Assembly: GCA_963771275.1 (NCBI GenBank)
Contig: CAVYSW010000006.1
Coordinates: 1-64,000, forward strand
Reading direction: 5' to 3'
Length of the DNA stretch: 64,000 nucleotides
Source: an uncultured Gemmatimonadales bacterium
GTDB lineage: Bacteria; Gemmatimonadota; Gemmatimonadetes; Gemmatimonadales; GWC2-71-9
This document shows, piece by piece, positions 41,184-51,085 of this stretch. The notes under the pieces are model-generated. The model made no database searches. It saw only the letters and a list, made by a program, of their open reading frames with translations, and was not told the origin of the DNA. How positions within the stretch are numbered: the first letter of the stretch is position 1; each line of letters starts with the position of its first letter. The position numbers were made by a program, and so were the translations under genes.

Positions 41184-42512
41184 TTAATCAATTCGCGGCG
41201 ACCACGCAGGCAATCGCGTCTCGGCGCCGCGCGTCAGCTGCCGAATCCGGCCGGTCTCGAGGTCGATCACCCACAGTTGCCGCGAGCCCGTTCGGCTGGA
41301 CACGAACGCGAGGTGCCGGCCGTCGGGCGCCCAGGTGGGGTCCTCGTTGCGTCCCGCACTCGTGAGCTGTCGCACCGTCCGGCTCGCCACGTCCATCACG
41401 AAGATCTGCAGCGACCCGCCCACGTCACGATGGAACGCGATCGACGCCCCGTCCGGCGACCATTCCGGCGCGTTGGAGCTCCCGGTGACCCCGTAGTCGA
41501 ATGGGGCGAACAGCTCCTGCGCGGTGCCGTCCGACGCCATCACGTAGATCTGCGGCAGGCCGGCGCGGGTCGAGACGAACGCGATCCGACCGCCGTCCGG
41601 GCTCATCGTCGGGCTGAGGTTGTCCGCAAAGCGCCCCACCGTCAGCCGCTGCAGACAGCAGTCGCCGGCGATGTCGTAGGAGAAGATGTCGGTGCCGTCC
41701 TCTCCCGAGCGGGTGAACACCAGGGTCCGCCCGTTAGGGGAAAACGCCGGCGTGTAGTTGAGTCCCCGGCTCGTCGGCGGCACCATCCGCCGCCCCCCCG
41801 AGGCGACGTCCTGCAGGTAGATGCCACCGCCCCCGTCGGACCGAAACTCGGTGTAGGCGACGCGCCGGCCGTCGGGCGCCCACGCGGGGGAGAACACCCG
41901 GGTGGAAGGCGGTGACAGCGGGTGGAGATCGGCCCCGTCGGAGTCGATCCGATAGACCCGGCCGCCCTGCAGGAACGCGAGGCGCGTCGCCGCGGTGCCC
42001 CGCGCCCCCGTGGCCGCCTGCACCACATCGTCGCTCACGCGATGGACTGCCAGGCGGAAGCCCGGATCCGTCGCGGCCGGCAGCGCGACGGTGAGGTCGC
42101 GCCGCACGGCGGCCCCGCGCACGTCGTACACGGTGACCTGCAACGGGCCCGCGTCCGTGAGCCGCACGCGCACCGCGAAGTCGGCCCCGAGCGCCCCGTA
42201 CAGCCGGTAGTTCACGAAATCCGGCGTCGCGCCGCGTGCGCGCTGGATGCCGACGACCAGGCTGTCGTCACTCGGCAGGGTGATGACGTCGAACTGGTCG
42301 CTGAAATCGAGATCGCGCGCCAGGATCGCCCGGACCGAGTCGAGCACCGGCTCCGGCGGGGCGCCGAGCACCAGCAAGCCAGGGCGGACGCCCGGCCGGT
42401 ACGTGATCCCCACCCGCACGCCCTCCGTGGGCGGCGGCATGGTGTCCTGGGCCACGGCGACGCGTGCCCCCAGGGCGAGCGGCAGCAGCCACGCCAGTCG
42501 GCGCGCGGTCAT
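41184..42512 (-). CDS. tolB: TolB
   Basis: PD40 repeats (PAWAPDG, SPDGGRIAFVS) inside the tol-pal operon. Confidence 0.92.
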   Translation of the reverse strand: MTARRLAWLLPLALGARVAVAQDTMPPPTEGVRVGITYRPGVRPGLLVLGAPPEPVLDSVRAILARDLDFSDQFDVITLPSDDSLVVGIQRARGATPDFVNYRLYGALGADFAVRVRLTDAGPLQVTVYDVRGAAVRRDLTVALPAATDPGFRLAVHRVSDDVVQAATGARGTAATRLAFLQGGRVYRIDSDGADLHPLSPPSTRVFSPAWAPDGRRVAYTEFRSDGGGGIYLQDVASGGRRMVPPTSRGLNYTPAFSPNGRTLVFTRSGEDGTDIFSYDIAGDCCLQRLTVGRFADNLSPTMSPDGGRIAFVSTRAGLPQIYVMASDGTAQELFAPFDYGVTGSSNAPEWSPDGASIAFHRDVGGSLQIFVMDVASRTVRQLTSAGRNEDPTWAPDGRHLAFVSSRTGSRQLWVIDLETGRIRQLTRGAETRLPAWSPRID

Positions 42513-43216
42513 CGGATCTTCGAGGGGTCGAAGAAGAAGCTCACCGGCAGGACGTCATTGGCAAACCCCTCCGGCAGGCTGCCGAAGCTCCCCGCGGACC
42601 CGGCGGCCTCGATCGCCCCTTGCGCCTCGACGTCGAACGCGAAGTTCCCCGAGCGCCTGATGAACCGCAGGTTCGAGATCGAGCCGTCCCGGTGAATCAG
42701 GAAGAACACCTCCGCCTGCAGGGCCGTCTGGCCGCCGGGGCGCTGCCAGCGCCGGAAGACCTGGCCGACGAGATTGTTGATATACTCGGGGTACGGAAAC
42801 TCCTGGCCCTCGATCTGCACCGTGGCCGGGTCCGACCCGGTCGACGGCGTCACACCGGGCAGGGGCTCGGCGGCCGGCGTGGTGCGCGGCGCAGGCTCGC
42901 GCTGCACGTTCGGCTTCGCGGCCGGCGGCGCCGCCGGCGCGACCGTCGTCCGGCGCGGGGCGGGCGCCGGGGCCGGGGCCGGCCGTTCCGCGGGACGCTC
43001 CACTACCGCCGGGGCGCGCCGCGCCTGGGGCTCGGGCCGGGGGGCGGCCACGAGCGACACGCGGTAGATCGGTGGCGCAAGCTGGCGTCCGTACTCGGGC
43101 GCGCCGGCCAGGACCGCCAGCACGGCGCCGTGCAGCACCAGCGTCCCGGCAAACGCGACCCTCCACCCGCCGGACGCGGTCTTGAGCTGCCGCCGCACGC
43201 GGCCCGCCTGCTTCAC
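42509..43216 (-). CDS. TolA/TonB C-terminal domain protein
   Basis: TM helix with His, Pro-rich linker, SGN..FD..A..AI. Confidence 0.85.
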   Translation of the reverse strand: MKQAGRVRRQLKTASGGWRVAFAGTLVLHGAVLAVLAGAPEYGRQLAPPIYRVSLVAAPRPEPQARRAPAVVERPAERPAPAPAPAPRRTTVAPAAPPAAKPNVQREPAPRTTPAAEPLPGVTPSTGSDPATVQIEGQEFPYPEYINNLVGQVFRRWQRPGGQTALQAEVFFLIHRDGSISNLRFIRRSGNFAFDVEAQGAIEAAGSAGSFGSLPEGFANDVLPVSFFFDPSKIR

Positions 43217-43635
43217 CGTCCCAGCTCCTCCGACTCGGCCACCAGCCCCACGTCCCCGACGCCCGCCGCGCGCATCACGGCCAGCACACGCACCACCTGG
43301 CCGTAGTCGACCCGCGCGTCCCCGCGCAGGTAGATGCCCGAGGGCTTGCGCGCCCGGACCATGGCCGGGAAGGCGGCGCGGAACTCCTCGAGCGTGAGCG
43401 GGCTCTCGTCCACGAAGATCCGCCCCTGACGGTCCACCGAGACGATCAGGCCTTCCTTGGGCTGCAGCGGCCGGGCCTCCGCCCGGGGCAGCTGCACGTC
43501 CACCCCGCCTTGCATGATCGGGGCGGTGATCATGAAGATGATCAGCAGCGTGAAGGCGAGGTCCACCAGGGACGTCACGTTGATATCGGCCATCAGTGGC
43601 GGCTCGCCCCGGCCGCGCAGCCCGGCTCCGTTCAT
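43213..43635 (-). CDS. tolR: TolR/ExbD
   Basis: INVTSLVD..FTLLIIFMITAP, RGD..V.YG. Confidence 0.9.
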   Translation of the reverse strand: MNGAGLRGRGEPPLMADINVTSLVDLAFTLLIIFMITAPIMQGGVDVQLPRAEARPLQPKEGLIVSVDRQGRIFVDESPLTLEEFRAAFPAMVRARKPSGIYLRGDARVDYGQVVRVLAVMRAAGVGDVGLVAESEELGR

Positions 43636-43638
43636 GAC

Positions 43639-44349
43639 CTAGAGCCTCCCCTCGCGTGCCAGCGTCGCGACGATCTCGTGCGCGAAGCCCTCCATCTCGC
43701 CGGCGAACAGGCCGAGCCGGCTGACGAGGAGGTTGTAGGCCATGACGGCGGGAATCGCCACCACCAGCCCGGCGACCGTCGTGACCAGCGCCTCCGCGAC
43801 CCCCGGCGCCACCGCCGAGATGTTGCCCGACCCTCCGGTCGCGATGCCGATGAAGGCGTGCATCACGCCGACGACGGTCCCCAACAGGCCCATGAGCGGG
43901 CTCGCCGACCCGATCGTCGCGAGCCAGGGGAGGAACCGGGCCATGATGTCCCGCTCAGCGCCGATCTCCTTCGCGAGCACCAGCCGCAGCGCTTCGAGCT
44001 GCGTCATGGTGAGCGTCGCGTGGGCCGCGTCCACCGTCGCCTGCAGGGCGCCGGGGCGGAGCTCGGCAAAGAAGTTCACGCCCTCCCGCAGGATCCGTCC
44101 GTACGGTGACGGCGGCAGCTTCATTACCGCGTGGTACGCGTCCTCGAGCCGGGTCGTCCGCTCCAGCGCGCTGAAGAACCGGTCGCCCTGGCGGCGGACC
44201 CGCCGGAATTGCCGGAGCTTCATGAAGATCAGGAACCAGCTGAAGAGCGAGAAGAACGCCAGCACCGCCAGAATGACTTTGGTAATCGGCGTCGAGGCCG
44301 CGACCAGGTCCCACGTGCTGGTCGGGAGCGCGCCTCCCACCTGCATCAT
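43639..44349 (-). CDS. tolQ: TolQ/ExbB proton channel
   Basis: LATIGS.SP..GLLGTV.G, PGVAEAL.TT.AGL.VAIPA. Confidence 0.92.
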   Translation of the reverse strand: MMQVGGALPTSTWDLVAASTPITKVILAVLAFFSLFSWFLIFMKLRQFRRVRRQGDRFFSALERTTRLEDAYHAVMKLPPSPYGRILREGVNFFAELRPGALQATVDAAHATLTMTQLEALRLVLAKEIGAERDIMARFLPWLATIGSASPLMGLLGTVVGVMHAFIGIATGGSGNISAVAPGVAEALVTTVAGLVVAIPAVMAYNLLVSRLGLFAGEMEGFAHEIVATLAREGRL

Positions 44350-45299
44350 GCCGCCTCCAACCCGCTGATCCACTCGTAGGTGCGCCGCAACCCAGCCCCG
44401 AGCGCCACCTCCGGTCGCCACCCGATGGCCGTCGCGGCCTTTGCGATTGCCACGGCGCTGCGCCTCAGCTCGCCGGCCCGTGCCGGCTCGTGTGCGATGG
44501 GCACCTCGATGCCCACCGCCCGCATCATCGTCCGGGCGAGATCGTTGACGCTGGTCTCGACCGTGGTCCCGATGTTGACGGCGGCATCGTCCAACGATCC
44601 GGGCGGTCCCACCGGTGCCTCACTCGCCAGCACGCTCGCCCGCGCGACGTCGCGCACGAACACGTAGTCGCGCGTCTGCTCTCCGTCTCCGTACACCGTG
44701 ATGGGGCGGCGGTGCCGCAGCCGGCTGCCGAAGATCGCCACGACGCCGGCTTCGCCGTGCGGATTCTGGCGCGGCCCGTACACGTTGGCGTACCGCAGAC
44801 ACCGCACCGCCATGCCGTGGAGGATGGCGTACTGCGCGAGATAGTACTCGGACGCGAGCTTGCTGACCCCATACGGCGAGACGGGCAGCTTGGGCACCGT
44901 CTCGGCATAGGGCAGGGCTTCGCCTTCGCCGTAGACGACCCCACCGGAGGACGCGAACACCACCCGCTTCACGCCCCCCTCGCGCGCACCTTCCAGGAGA
45001 TTGAGCAGCCCGAGCAGATTGATGTCGGCATCGAGCCGCGGGTCGCGCACCGAGACCCGCACGTCCGCCTGCGCCGCCTGGTGGTTCAACACCGCAAAGC
45101 CACCCGCGGCGAGGAGGGCGCGCGCGGCAGGCCCGCGCACGTCCTCGTGGACGAACTCGGCCCCCGCAGGGACGTTTTCCCGCCGGCCGGTCGAGAGGTT
45201 GTCCACGATCGTTACGGCGTACCCGTGCTCGAGGTACTGCTCCGCCACGTGTGACCCGATGAACCCCGCCCCACCCGTCACCAGCACCCGTCCCTTCAT
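44346..45299 (-). CDS. UDP-glucose 4-epimerase-like NAD-dependent epimerase
   Basis: VTGGAGFIGSH, YGVSK, NVYGPRQ, TRDYVFV. Confidence 0.92.
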   Translation of the reverse strand: MKGRVLVTGGAGFIGSHVAEQYLEHGYAVTIVDNLSTGRRENVPAGAEFVHEDVRGPAARALLAAGGFAVLNHQAAQADVRVSVRDPRLDADINLLGLLNLLEGAREGGVKRVVFASSGGVVYGEGEALPYAETVPKLPVSPYGVSKLASEYYLAQYAILHGMAVRCLRYANVYGPRQNPHGEAGVVAIFGSRLRHRRPITVYGDGEQTRDYVFVRDVARASVLASEAPVGPPGSLDDAAVNIGTTVETSVNDLARTMMRAVGIEVPIAHEPARAGELRRSAVAIAKAATAIGWRPEVALGAGLRRTYEWISGLEAA

Positions 45300-45422
45300 G
45301 CCCGATCCTCGCGTCTCAGTCCGCGTTCCCTGCCGCCGCAAACGAAGCGGCGGGGCCCGTGCCGGATCCCATCGTCGTTGGTCCGGCTGAGCCCCGCCGC
45401 GTCGAGGCCGTCAGCGGCCTCG

Positions 45423-46619
45423 TCAAGACGGCATCTTGCGGATCAGCCGCACCGGCACGCCGACCGCTTCCTGGCCGGCGGTCCGAATCCCCAGCGTGTA
45501 GATCTCGCTCACCAAGGCCGTCGCCGAGCGGTCCCGCACGTGCACGACACGCACGTCGGCGAGCGTCTGCGGCTCATCGCCCTGCGGGACGGCGCCCTTG
45601 CGCGGGAGCACCTCGAACACGTCTCCCGGCGCGATGCCGGCGTTGCGGCCCAGATCGATGAACACCACGTCGAACTGCTTCGGCACCTGGTGGATGTCGC
45701 GCAGCGCGATGATGTTGCCCTGCACGCCGTCGGCGACTGGAGCGGGCCGCACGACCCCCGGGTCCTTGAACGGCTCGAGCGGCAGCGCCACCTGCCCGGT
45801 GCCGACCCGGTCGAACTGCATCACGATGTCGCCCTCGACATCGCGCCCCTCGACGCTCGTCACCAGCACGATGCCGGTGGGGTAGACGATCTTGCCGTGG
45901 CCGGACACCCCGCGCGTGAGCAGCGCGGTCAGCAGGCTGTCGCCCACCTGGTACGTCGCGCCGCTCGGCGGCCTGATGCGCACCCGCTGATAGATCACGG
46001 CCGTGGTCCCGGTCACGCCACGGGGTGCCGCGACATCGGCGTTGCCCAGCACCTCGGCCCAGGGGAGCTTCTCGTTCTCGGTGAGGAACCCCGCCGCGTA
46101 GAACTCGCCGGACCGCACGGCGCGATACGTGTCGGCCGCCCGGGAGATCGGGCCGGAGATCGTACTGCGCGGCGTGCTCGCGAACACCGTCGGGGTCATC
46201 GTCATCGGGGGGGGCGGCGGCCCCTGCACCGCGGCCGGCGCCTCCACCTGTGCGGGCGGCGGTGCCACAGGCAGCTGCCCAGCTGGCGGCTCGGTCACCG
46301 GCGGCTGCGCAACGGGAGGAGTCGGCTGTGCGACGGGCTCGGGAACCGCCACCGCCGTGTGATCCACCGGAGCGAGCACCAGCTCCTCACCCGGGAAGAT
46401 CCAGTGCGGGTCCTCGACCACCGCCGTGTTGAGCCGGTAGATCTCCGGCCAGAGAAACGGGTCGCCAAAGTAGAGTTGCGCGAGCCCCCACAACGTCTCC
46501 CCCGACTGAACCACATGCCGCGCCGGCGGCGGCGTGACTTGCTGGGCCCGCGCCGTGGCGGTGACCCCCGCGGCCATTGTCGCCCCCAGCAACACCGTAA
46601 CGAAGTTTCTGCTCCTCAT
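45423..46619 (-). CDS. LysM peptidoglycan-binding protein (TsaP-like)
   Basis: Signal peptide; HVVQSGETLW..A..Y.GDPF.WP.I...N...DPHWIFPG; Pro-rich linker; FlgT-like C-terminus (V.IDLG..AG..PGD). Confidence 0.8.
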   Translation of the reverse strand: MRSRNFVTVLLGATMAAGVTATARAQQVTPPPARHVVQSGETLWGLAQLYFGDPFLWPEIYRLNTAVVEDPHWIFPGEELVLAPVDHTAVAVPEPVAQPTPPVAQPPVTEPPAGQLPVAPPPAQVEAPAAVQGPPPPPMTMTPTVFASTPRSTISGPISRAADTYRAVRSGEFYAAGFLTENEKLPWAEVLGNADVAAPRGVTGTTAVIYQRVRIRPPSGATYQVGDSLLTALLTRGVSGHGKIVYPTGIVLVTSVEGRDVEGDIVMQFDRVGTGQVALPLEPFKDPGVVRPAPVADGVQGNIIALRDIHQVPKQFDVVFIDLGRNAGIAPGDVFEVLPRKGAVPQGDEPQTLADVRVVHVRDRSATALVSEIYTLGIRTAGQEAVGVPVRLIRKMPS

Positions 46620-46704
46620 ACGGTTACCCCTCTCCCACCCCAGAAGCCGGAGCCTCCGTGGTGGTCGTGACGGAACTGGCGCATCCCGATCGGCCATCAA
46701 TATA

Positions 46705-46729
46705 TAAGTCACGTGCTGGCAACGCCATA
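46705..46729. promoter_or_regulatory. Degenerate copy of the 25-bp palindromic motif
   Basis: TAA GTCA CGT GCTGG CAA CGCC ATA. Confidence 0.35.
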
Positions 46730-46895
46730 GCTGCCCTACTATCATGTATCGCCGCAGGGCGTCCGGCTCAGCCACGAAACTACCGGTCCAGCCACCACGC
46801 CGGTGTGACGGGTGCCACACCCGCGGACCCCCGAAAACGCGCCCGGCGGGTCCCGATGGAACCCGCCGAGCGCTCACGTCCCACGACCCGCCCCG

Positions 46896-47375
46896 CTAGA
46901 AGGGCAAGTCGTCCTCTTCCCCATCGAGCGCTTCTGGGAAGTCGTCGAACGACTCCGCCTTGCCCTCCGCCGCACCCGCCGGCGCTGGCTTGGCGCGCGC
47001 GGGCGTTCCTCCTGCTTCCGCCGCGGAGCCGCGCGGCGACAGCATGATCATCTCGCGCGCGTTGATTTCGGTCGAGTACCGCGTCTTCCCGTCGCGGTCT
47101 TCCCAGGTCCGATACTCGATCCGCCCCTCGACGTAGACCTTGTCGCCCTTTTTCAGGTACTTCTCGGCAAGGTCGGCGAGCTGCGAGAACTTGGTGTTCC
47201 ACAGCACCACGCGATGCCACTCCGTCTTCTCCTGGCGCTCCCCCGCCCCGGTGGTCCACTGGCGGCTGGTGGCGACCGACAGCGTGGCGACCCGCTGGCC
47301 GTTGGCCGTGCTGCGCACGTCGGGATCCGCGCCGAGATTCCCGATCAGGATGCATTTGTTCAGGCTCCGACTCAC
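46896..47375 (-). CDS. ssb: Single-stranded DNA-binding protein
   Basis: LNK.ILIGNLG.DP, TEWH, YVEGR, C-terminal DDLPF. Confidence 0.97.
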   Translation of the reverse strand: MSRSLNKCILIGNLGADPDVRSTANGQRVATLSVATSRQWTTGAGERQEKTEWHRVVLWNTKFSQLADLAEKYLKKGDKVYVEGRIEYRTWEDRDGKTRYSTEINAREMIMLSPRGSAAEAGGTPARAKPAPAGAAEGKAESFDDFPEALDGEEDDLPF

Positions 47376-47474
47376 GACGACCTCCGCGAGAACACGAGAT
47401 GGGCACCGGACGAGGGGAAGGTACCGGGCGCCCGGCCGTAGCGTCAACCAAAGTCGCGCACCACCCCGCCGGAA

Positions 47475-47933
47475 CTACGCGTACGATGCCGTGGGGCTGA
47501 CGTCGCGGGCGAGGATCAGCGCGTCCTCGCGCGGGTGATCGTAGTACCCGGGCCGGCGGCCGACCTCGCGAAAGCCCGCGTCCCCGTACAGCGCGCATGC
47601 CGCGGCGTTGGACACGCGCACTTCGAGAAACACGCGCCGCGCGCCGGTCCGGACGATTGCCGCAAGCAGCGCCTGGAGCAGCGTCCGTCCGGTCCCCTGC
47701 CGGCGCCCGGATGGCGCGACCGCGACGTTGAGGATCTCCGCCTCGGGACCGAGACACCACGCCACGGCGTACCCGGTGACGCCTGGCGCGCCTTCCGCCA
47801 CCAGGAACACGTCGTCCAGCCGCGCGCGAAACGCCGCGCGCGACCAGGGATCCGGGAAGCTCGCGCGCTCGATCTCGGCGACGGCCGGGAGATCAGCGGA
47901 AGTCGCCGCGCGAATCCGGCAGCCGGACGCCAT
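47475..47933 (-). CDS. rimI: Ribosomal protein S18 alanine acetyltransferase
   Basis: IERASF.DPW, EILNVAV, LEVR.SN..A..LY, YY..P.EDA. Confidence 0.92.
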   Translation of the reverse strand: MASGCRIRAATSADLPAVAEIERASFPDPWSRAAFRARLDDVFLVAEGAPGVTGYAVAWCLGPEAEILNVAVAPSGRRQGTGRTLLQALLAAIVRTGARRVFLEVRVSNAAACALYGDAGFREVGRRPGYYDHPREDALILARDVSPTASYA

Positions 47934-48621
47934 GCGCCTGCTCCCACCGCACCTGCGCTTCGGCCGGCCGGCCATAGTCCGGCTCGAAGCACATGATGTC
48001 CGCGATTTCGCGGGTGCCCCCACGCGCGCCGTCCACGGCGAGCAGCGCCGCGGCCGCCGGCGCTCCCGCCGGGGGTCCGACCGGCTCGCGTCCGGTCCAG
48101 CGGCGCACCGCCTCGGCGTGCACCACCGCGCCGTCACCAACCGCCACGACCGGCCGCACCGCGCAGGCGACGGCCAGGGCGTCCACCGTGAGGCGGCGCG
48201 GCGGCGCGAGGCAATCCACCGCGCCGTCGCCAAACCGATAGACCGCGCCGTACACCTCGCCGCGCAGGGCGTCGTACAGGGCGGCCACCGGGCCGGTGTG
48301 GAATCGCGCCGCCTGCCACGCCGCGGCGAGCAGCGAGGGCGCCGTGCCGACCCTGATCGCCGGACGCGCCCGCACCAGTCCCTGGACCGTCGCCACGCCG
48401 ATCCGGAGCCCCGTGAAGCTGCCCGGGCCGTCGGCGATGAGCACCCGATCCACGTCGCCGAGCGACGCCCCCGCAAGGCCAACGAGCTGCTCCATCCCCG
48501 GGAGCAGGGCCGCCGCGTGCCGCCGGCCCGACAGCGTGATCTCCGCGAGGGCCACGCCATCCACGCCGATCGCCAGCGACGCGATCTCGGTCGCCGTGTC
48601 GATCGCGAGCGTGAGTGTCAC
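47893..48621 (-). CDS. tsaB: t6A biosynthesis protein TsaB
   Basis: LAIDTAT, GPGSFTGLRIG, DA.RGEVY. Confidence 0.94.
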   Translation of the reverse strand: MTLTLAIDTATEIASLAIGVDGVALAEITLSGRRHAAALLPGMEQLVGLAGASLGDVDRVLIADGPGSFTGLRIGVATVQGLVRARPAIRVGTAPSLLAAAWQAARFHTGPVAALYDALRGEVYGAVYRFGDGAVDCLAPPRRLTVDALAVACAVRPVVAVGDGAVVHAEAVRRWTGREPVGPPAGAPAAAALLAVDGARGGTREIADIMCFEPDYGRPAEAQVRWEQAHGVRLPDSRGDFR

Positions 48622-49031
48622 GGCGAGCGCTCCAACAGCCGCCGGTCGGGCGCCCGGGCGTGCGCCAGCGTAATGCGCACATCCGGCGGCGGGGCGTGCG
48701 TCCCCGCCCGTTCCGGCCACTCGATGAGCAGCAGGCGGGCGCGCCGCTCGAGATCCCGAAAGTCGAGATCGAGCGCTTCGTCCGGATGCGTGAGTCGATA
48801 GCAGTCCACGTGAACGATGATCCCCTCGGGGGACGGATACTCGTGCACCAGCGCATAGGTCGGACTCCGGGCGGGCGCAGCGCCCGCCGCCCGGGTCACC
48901 GCCTGCACGAACGTCGTCTTGCCGGCCCCGAGCTCGCCGCAGAGCCACACGACGCCGTGCCGCGGCGCCATTCGCCACACGGCCGCCGCCTCCGCGGCGA
49001 GGTCGTCGAGCGACACGGATCGCTCAGCCAC
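48618..49031 (-). CDS. tsaE: t6A ATPase TsaE
   Basis: [22 protein letters not shown]. Confidence 0.94.
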   Translation of the reverse strand: MAERSVSLDDLAAEAAAVWRMAPRHGVVWLCGELGAGKTTFVQAVTRAAGAAPARSPTYALVHEYPSPEGIIVHVDCYRLTHPDEALDLDFRDLERRARLLLIEWPERAGTHAPPPDVRITLAHARAPDRRLLERSP

Positions 49032-51075
49032 GCCGCCGCCGCCCCGCCGGAGGTCCCGATCGGGTCCCCACCCCCACCGGGGACCGCCGCACCGGATCGC
49101 CCGCCGCCTTGAGCTCGAAGATCTGGTCCCGGAGCTGCGCCGCCAACTCGAAATCGAGCTCCGCCGCCGCTTCGCGCATCTGCCGCTCGAGCACCACGAG
49201 CAGCTGCTCGCGGTCGAGCGGCTCGGCACCCAACCGCTCGGTGGCGGGAACCGGGCGCTCCGTCCGCGCGTCGGCGACGCGCGTCACGAAGCGGACCTGA
49301 TCGACCGACTTGTGGATCGAGGTCGGCCGAATGTGGTGCGCGCGATTGTGGCGCTCCTGCGTCTCGCGGCGCCGCGCCATCTCCGCCAGCGCGCGCTCCA
49401 TCGAGCCGGTCACGCGATCGGCGTACAGGATCGCCCGGCCGCGCTCGTTCCGGGCCGCCCGTCCCACGGTCTGGATCAGGGACCGATCCGACCGCAGGAA
49501 CCCCTCCTGATCCGCGTCGAGGATCGCGACCAGCGCGACTTCGGGCAGGTCGAGGCCCTCACGCAGCAGGTTGATCCCGACCAGCACGTCGAACTCGCCG
49601 AGCCGCAGCCCGCGCACGATCTCCATGCGCTCGATGGCGTCGATGTCGGAGTGCATGTAGCGCACGCGCACGCCGGTCTGCTGCAGGTAGTCGGTCAGAT
49701 CTTCGGCCATGCGCTTGGTGAGCGTCGTGACGAGCACGCGCTCCCCGGCCGCCTCGCAGCTCCGGATCTCCCCCAGCAGGTCGTCCACCTGGCCCCTGAC
49801 CGGGCGGACCTCGACCGCGGGGTCCACCAGCCCCGTCGGGCGAATGATCTGCTCGACCACCCGTCCGCGCGAGCGCTCGACCTCGTAGGCGCCCGGCGTC
49901 GCCGACACGAAGAGCATGCGCGGGGTGAGCCCCAGGAACTCGTCGAAGTTGAGCGGCCGGTTGTCCAGCGCCGAGGGGAGCCGGAAGCCGTGCTCCACGA
50001 GCGTCAGCTTGCGCGACCGGTCGCCCTCGTACATGCCGCCGAGCTGGGGCAGCGTGGCATGGGATTCGTCGACGATCGTGAGATAATCGGCGGGGAAGTA
50101 GTCCAGCAGGCACGCCGGCCGCTCGCCCACCTGCCGGCCGGAGAGATGCCGGCTGTAGTTCTCGACCCCGGCACACGTGCCCATCTCGCGCAGCATGTCG
50201 AGGTCGAACTGGGTGCGCGACTCGAGGCGCTGGGCCTCCAGCAGCTTGCTCTCGGACCGGAGCGCGGCAAGCCGCTCCGCCAGCTCCGCCCGGATCAGGC
50301 CGACGGCCCGCTCGAGCCGCGGCCGCTGCACCACATAGTGGGTCGCGGGATAGATGGCGCAGCGCTCGAGCGGCGTGATCACGTTGCCCGTGAGCGGGTG
50401 GATCTTCGAGACGCGCTCGATCTCGTCGCCCCAGAACTCGACCCGCACGGCCTGCTCGTCGTACGCCGGGTAGACCTCCACCGTGTCGCCCCGCACGCGA
50501 AACGTCCCCCGCTCCAGCACGACGTCGTTGCGGTCGTACTGCACCGCCACCAGATCGGCCAGCACCGCGTCGCGGGAGCGTCGCTCGCCCACCGCGAGCG
50601 TGACCATCAGCGCGCGGTAGTCCGCCGGGTCGCCGAGCCCGTAGATCGCGCTGACCGTCGCCACGATGACGACGTCCTCGCGCTCCATCAGGCTCGAGGT
50701 CGCCCGCAGCCGCAGCATCTCGATGTCCTCGTTGATCGAGGCGTCCTTCGCGATGTAGGTGTCCGTGGCGGGCACGTAGGCTTCCGGCTGGTAGTAGTCG
50801 TAGTACGAGATGAAGTACTCGACGGCGTTGCGCGGGAAGAACGACTTGAGCTCGCCATAGAGCTGGGCGGCCAGGGTCTTGTTGTGCGACAGCACCAGGG
50901 TCGGACGCCCGAGCGCCGCCACGACGTGCGCCATGGTCACGGTCTTGCCCGACCCGGTGACGCCCAGCAGAGTCTGGTAGCGGTGGCCCTCACGGAAGCC
51001 CGCCGTGAGCGCCGCGATGGCCGCGGGCTGGTCGCCGGCCGGCTGGAACGGCAGCTCGAGCTCGAAGGCGGTCAT
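49024..51075 (-). CDS. uvrB: Excinuclease ABC subunit B
   Basis: [34 protein letters not shown]-terminal UVR. Confidence 0.98.
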   Translation of the reverse strand: MTAFELELPFQPAGDQPAAIAALTAGFREGHRYQTLLGVTGSGKTVTMAHVVAALGRPTLVLSHNKTLAAQLYGELKSFFPRNAVEYFISYYDYYQPEAYVPATDTYIAKDASINEDIEMLRLRATSSLMEREDVVIVATVSAIYGLGDPADYRALMVTLAVGERRSRDAVLADLVAVQYDRNDVVLERGTFRVRGDTVEVYPAYDEQAVRVEFWGDEIERVSKIHPLTGNVITPLERCAIYPATHYVVQRPRLERAVGLIRAELAERLAALRSESKLLEAQRLESRTQFDLDMLREMGTCAGVENYSRHLSGRQVGERPACLLDYFPADYLTIVDESHATLPQLGGMYEGDRSRKLTLVEHGFRLPSALDNRPLNFDEFLGLTPRMLFVSATPGAYEVERSRGRVVEQIIRPTGLVDPAVEVRPVRGQVDDLLGEIRSCEAAGERVLVTTLTKRMAEDLTDYLQQTGVRVRYMHSDIDAIERMEIVRGLRLGEFDVLVGINLLREGLDLPEVALVAILDADQEGFLRSDRSLIQTVGRAARNERGRAILYADRVTGSMERALAEMARRRETQERHNRAHHIRPTSIHKSVDQVRFVTRVADARTERPVPATERLGAEPLDREQLLVVLERQMREAAAELDFELAAQLRDQIFELKAAGDPVRRSPVGVGTRSGPPAGRRRRG

Positions 51076-51085
51076 GCGGCGTCGC

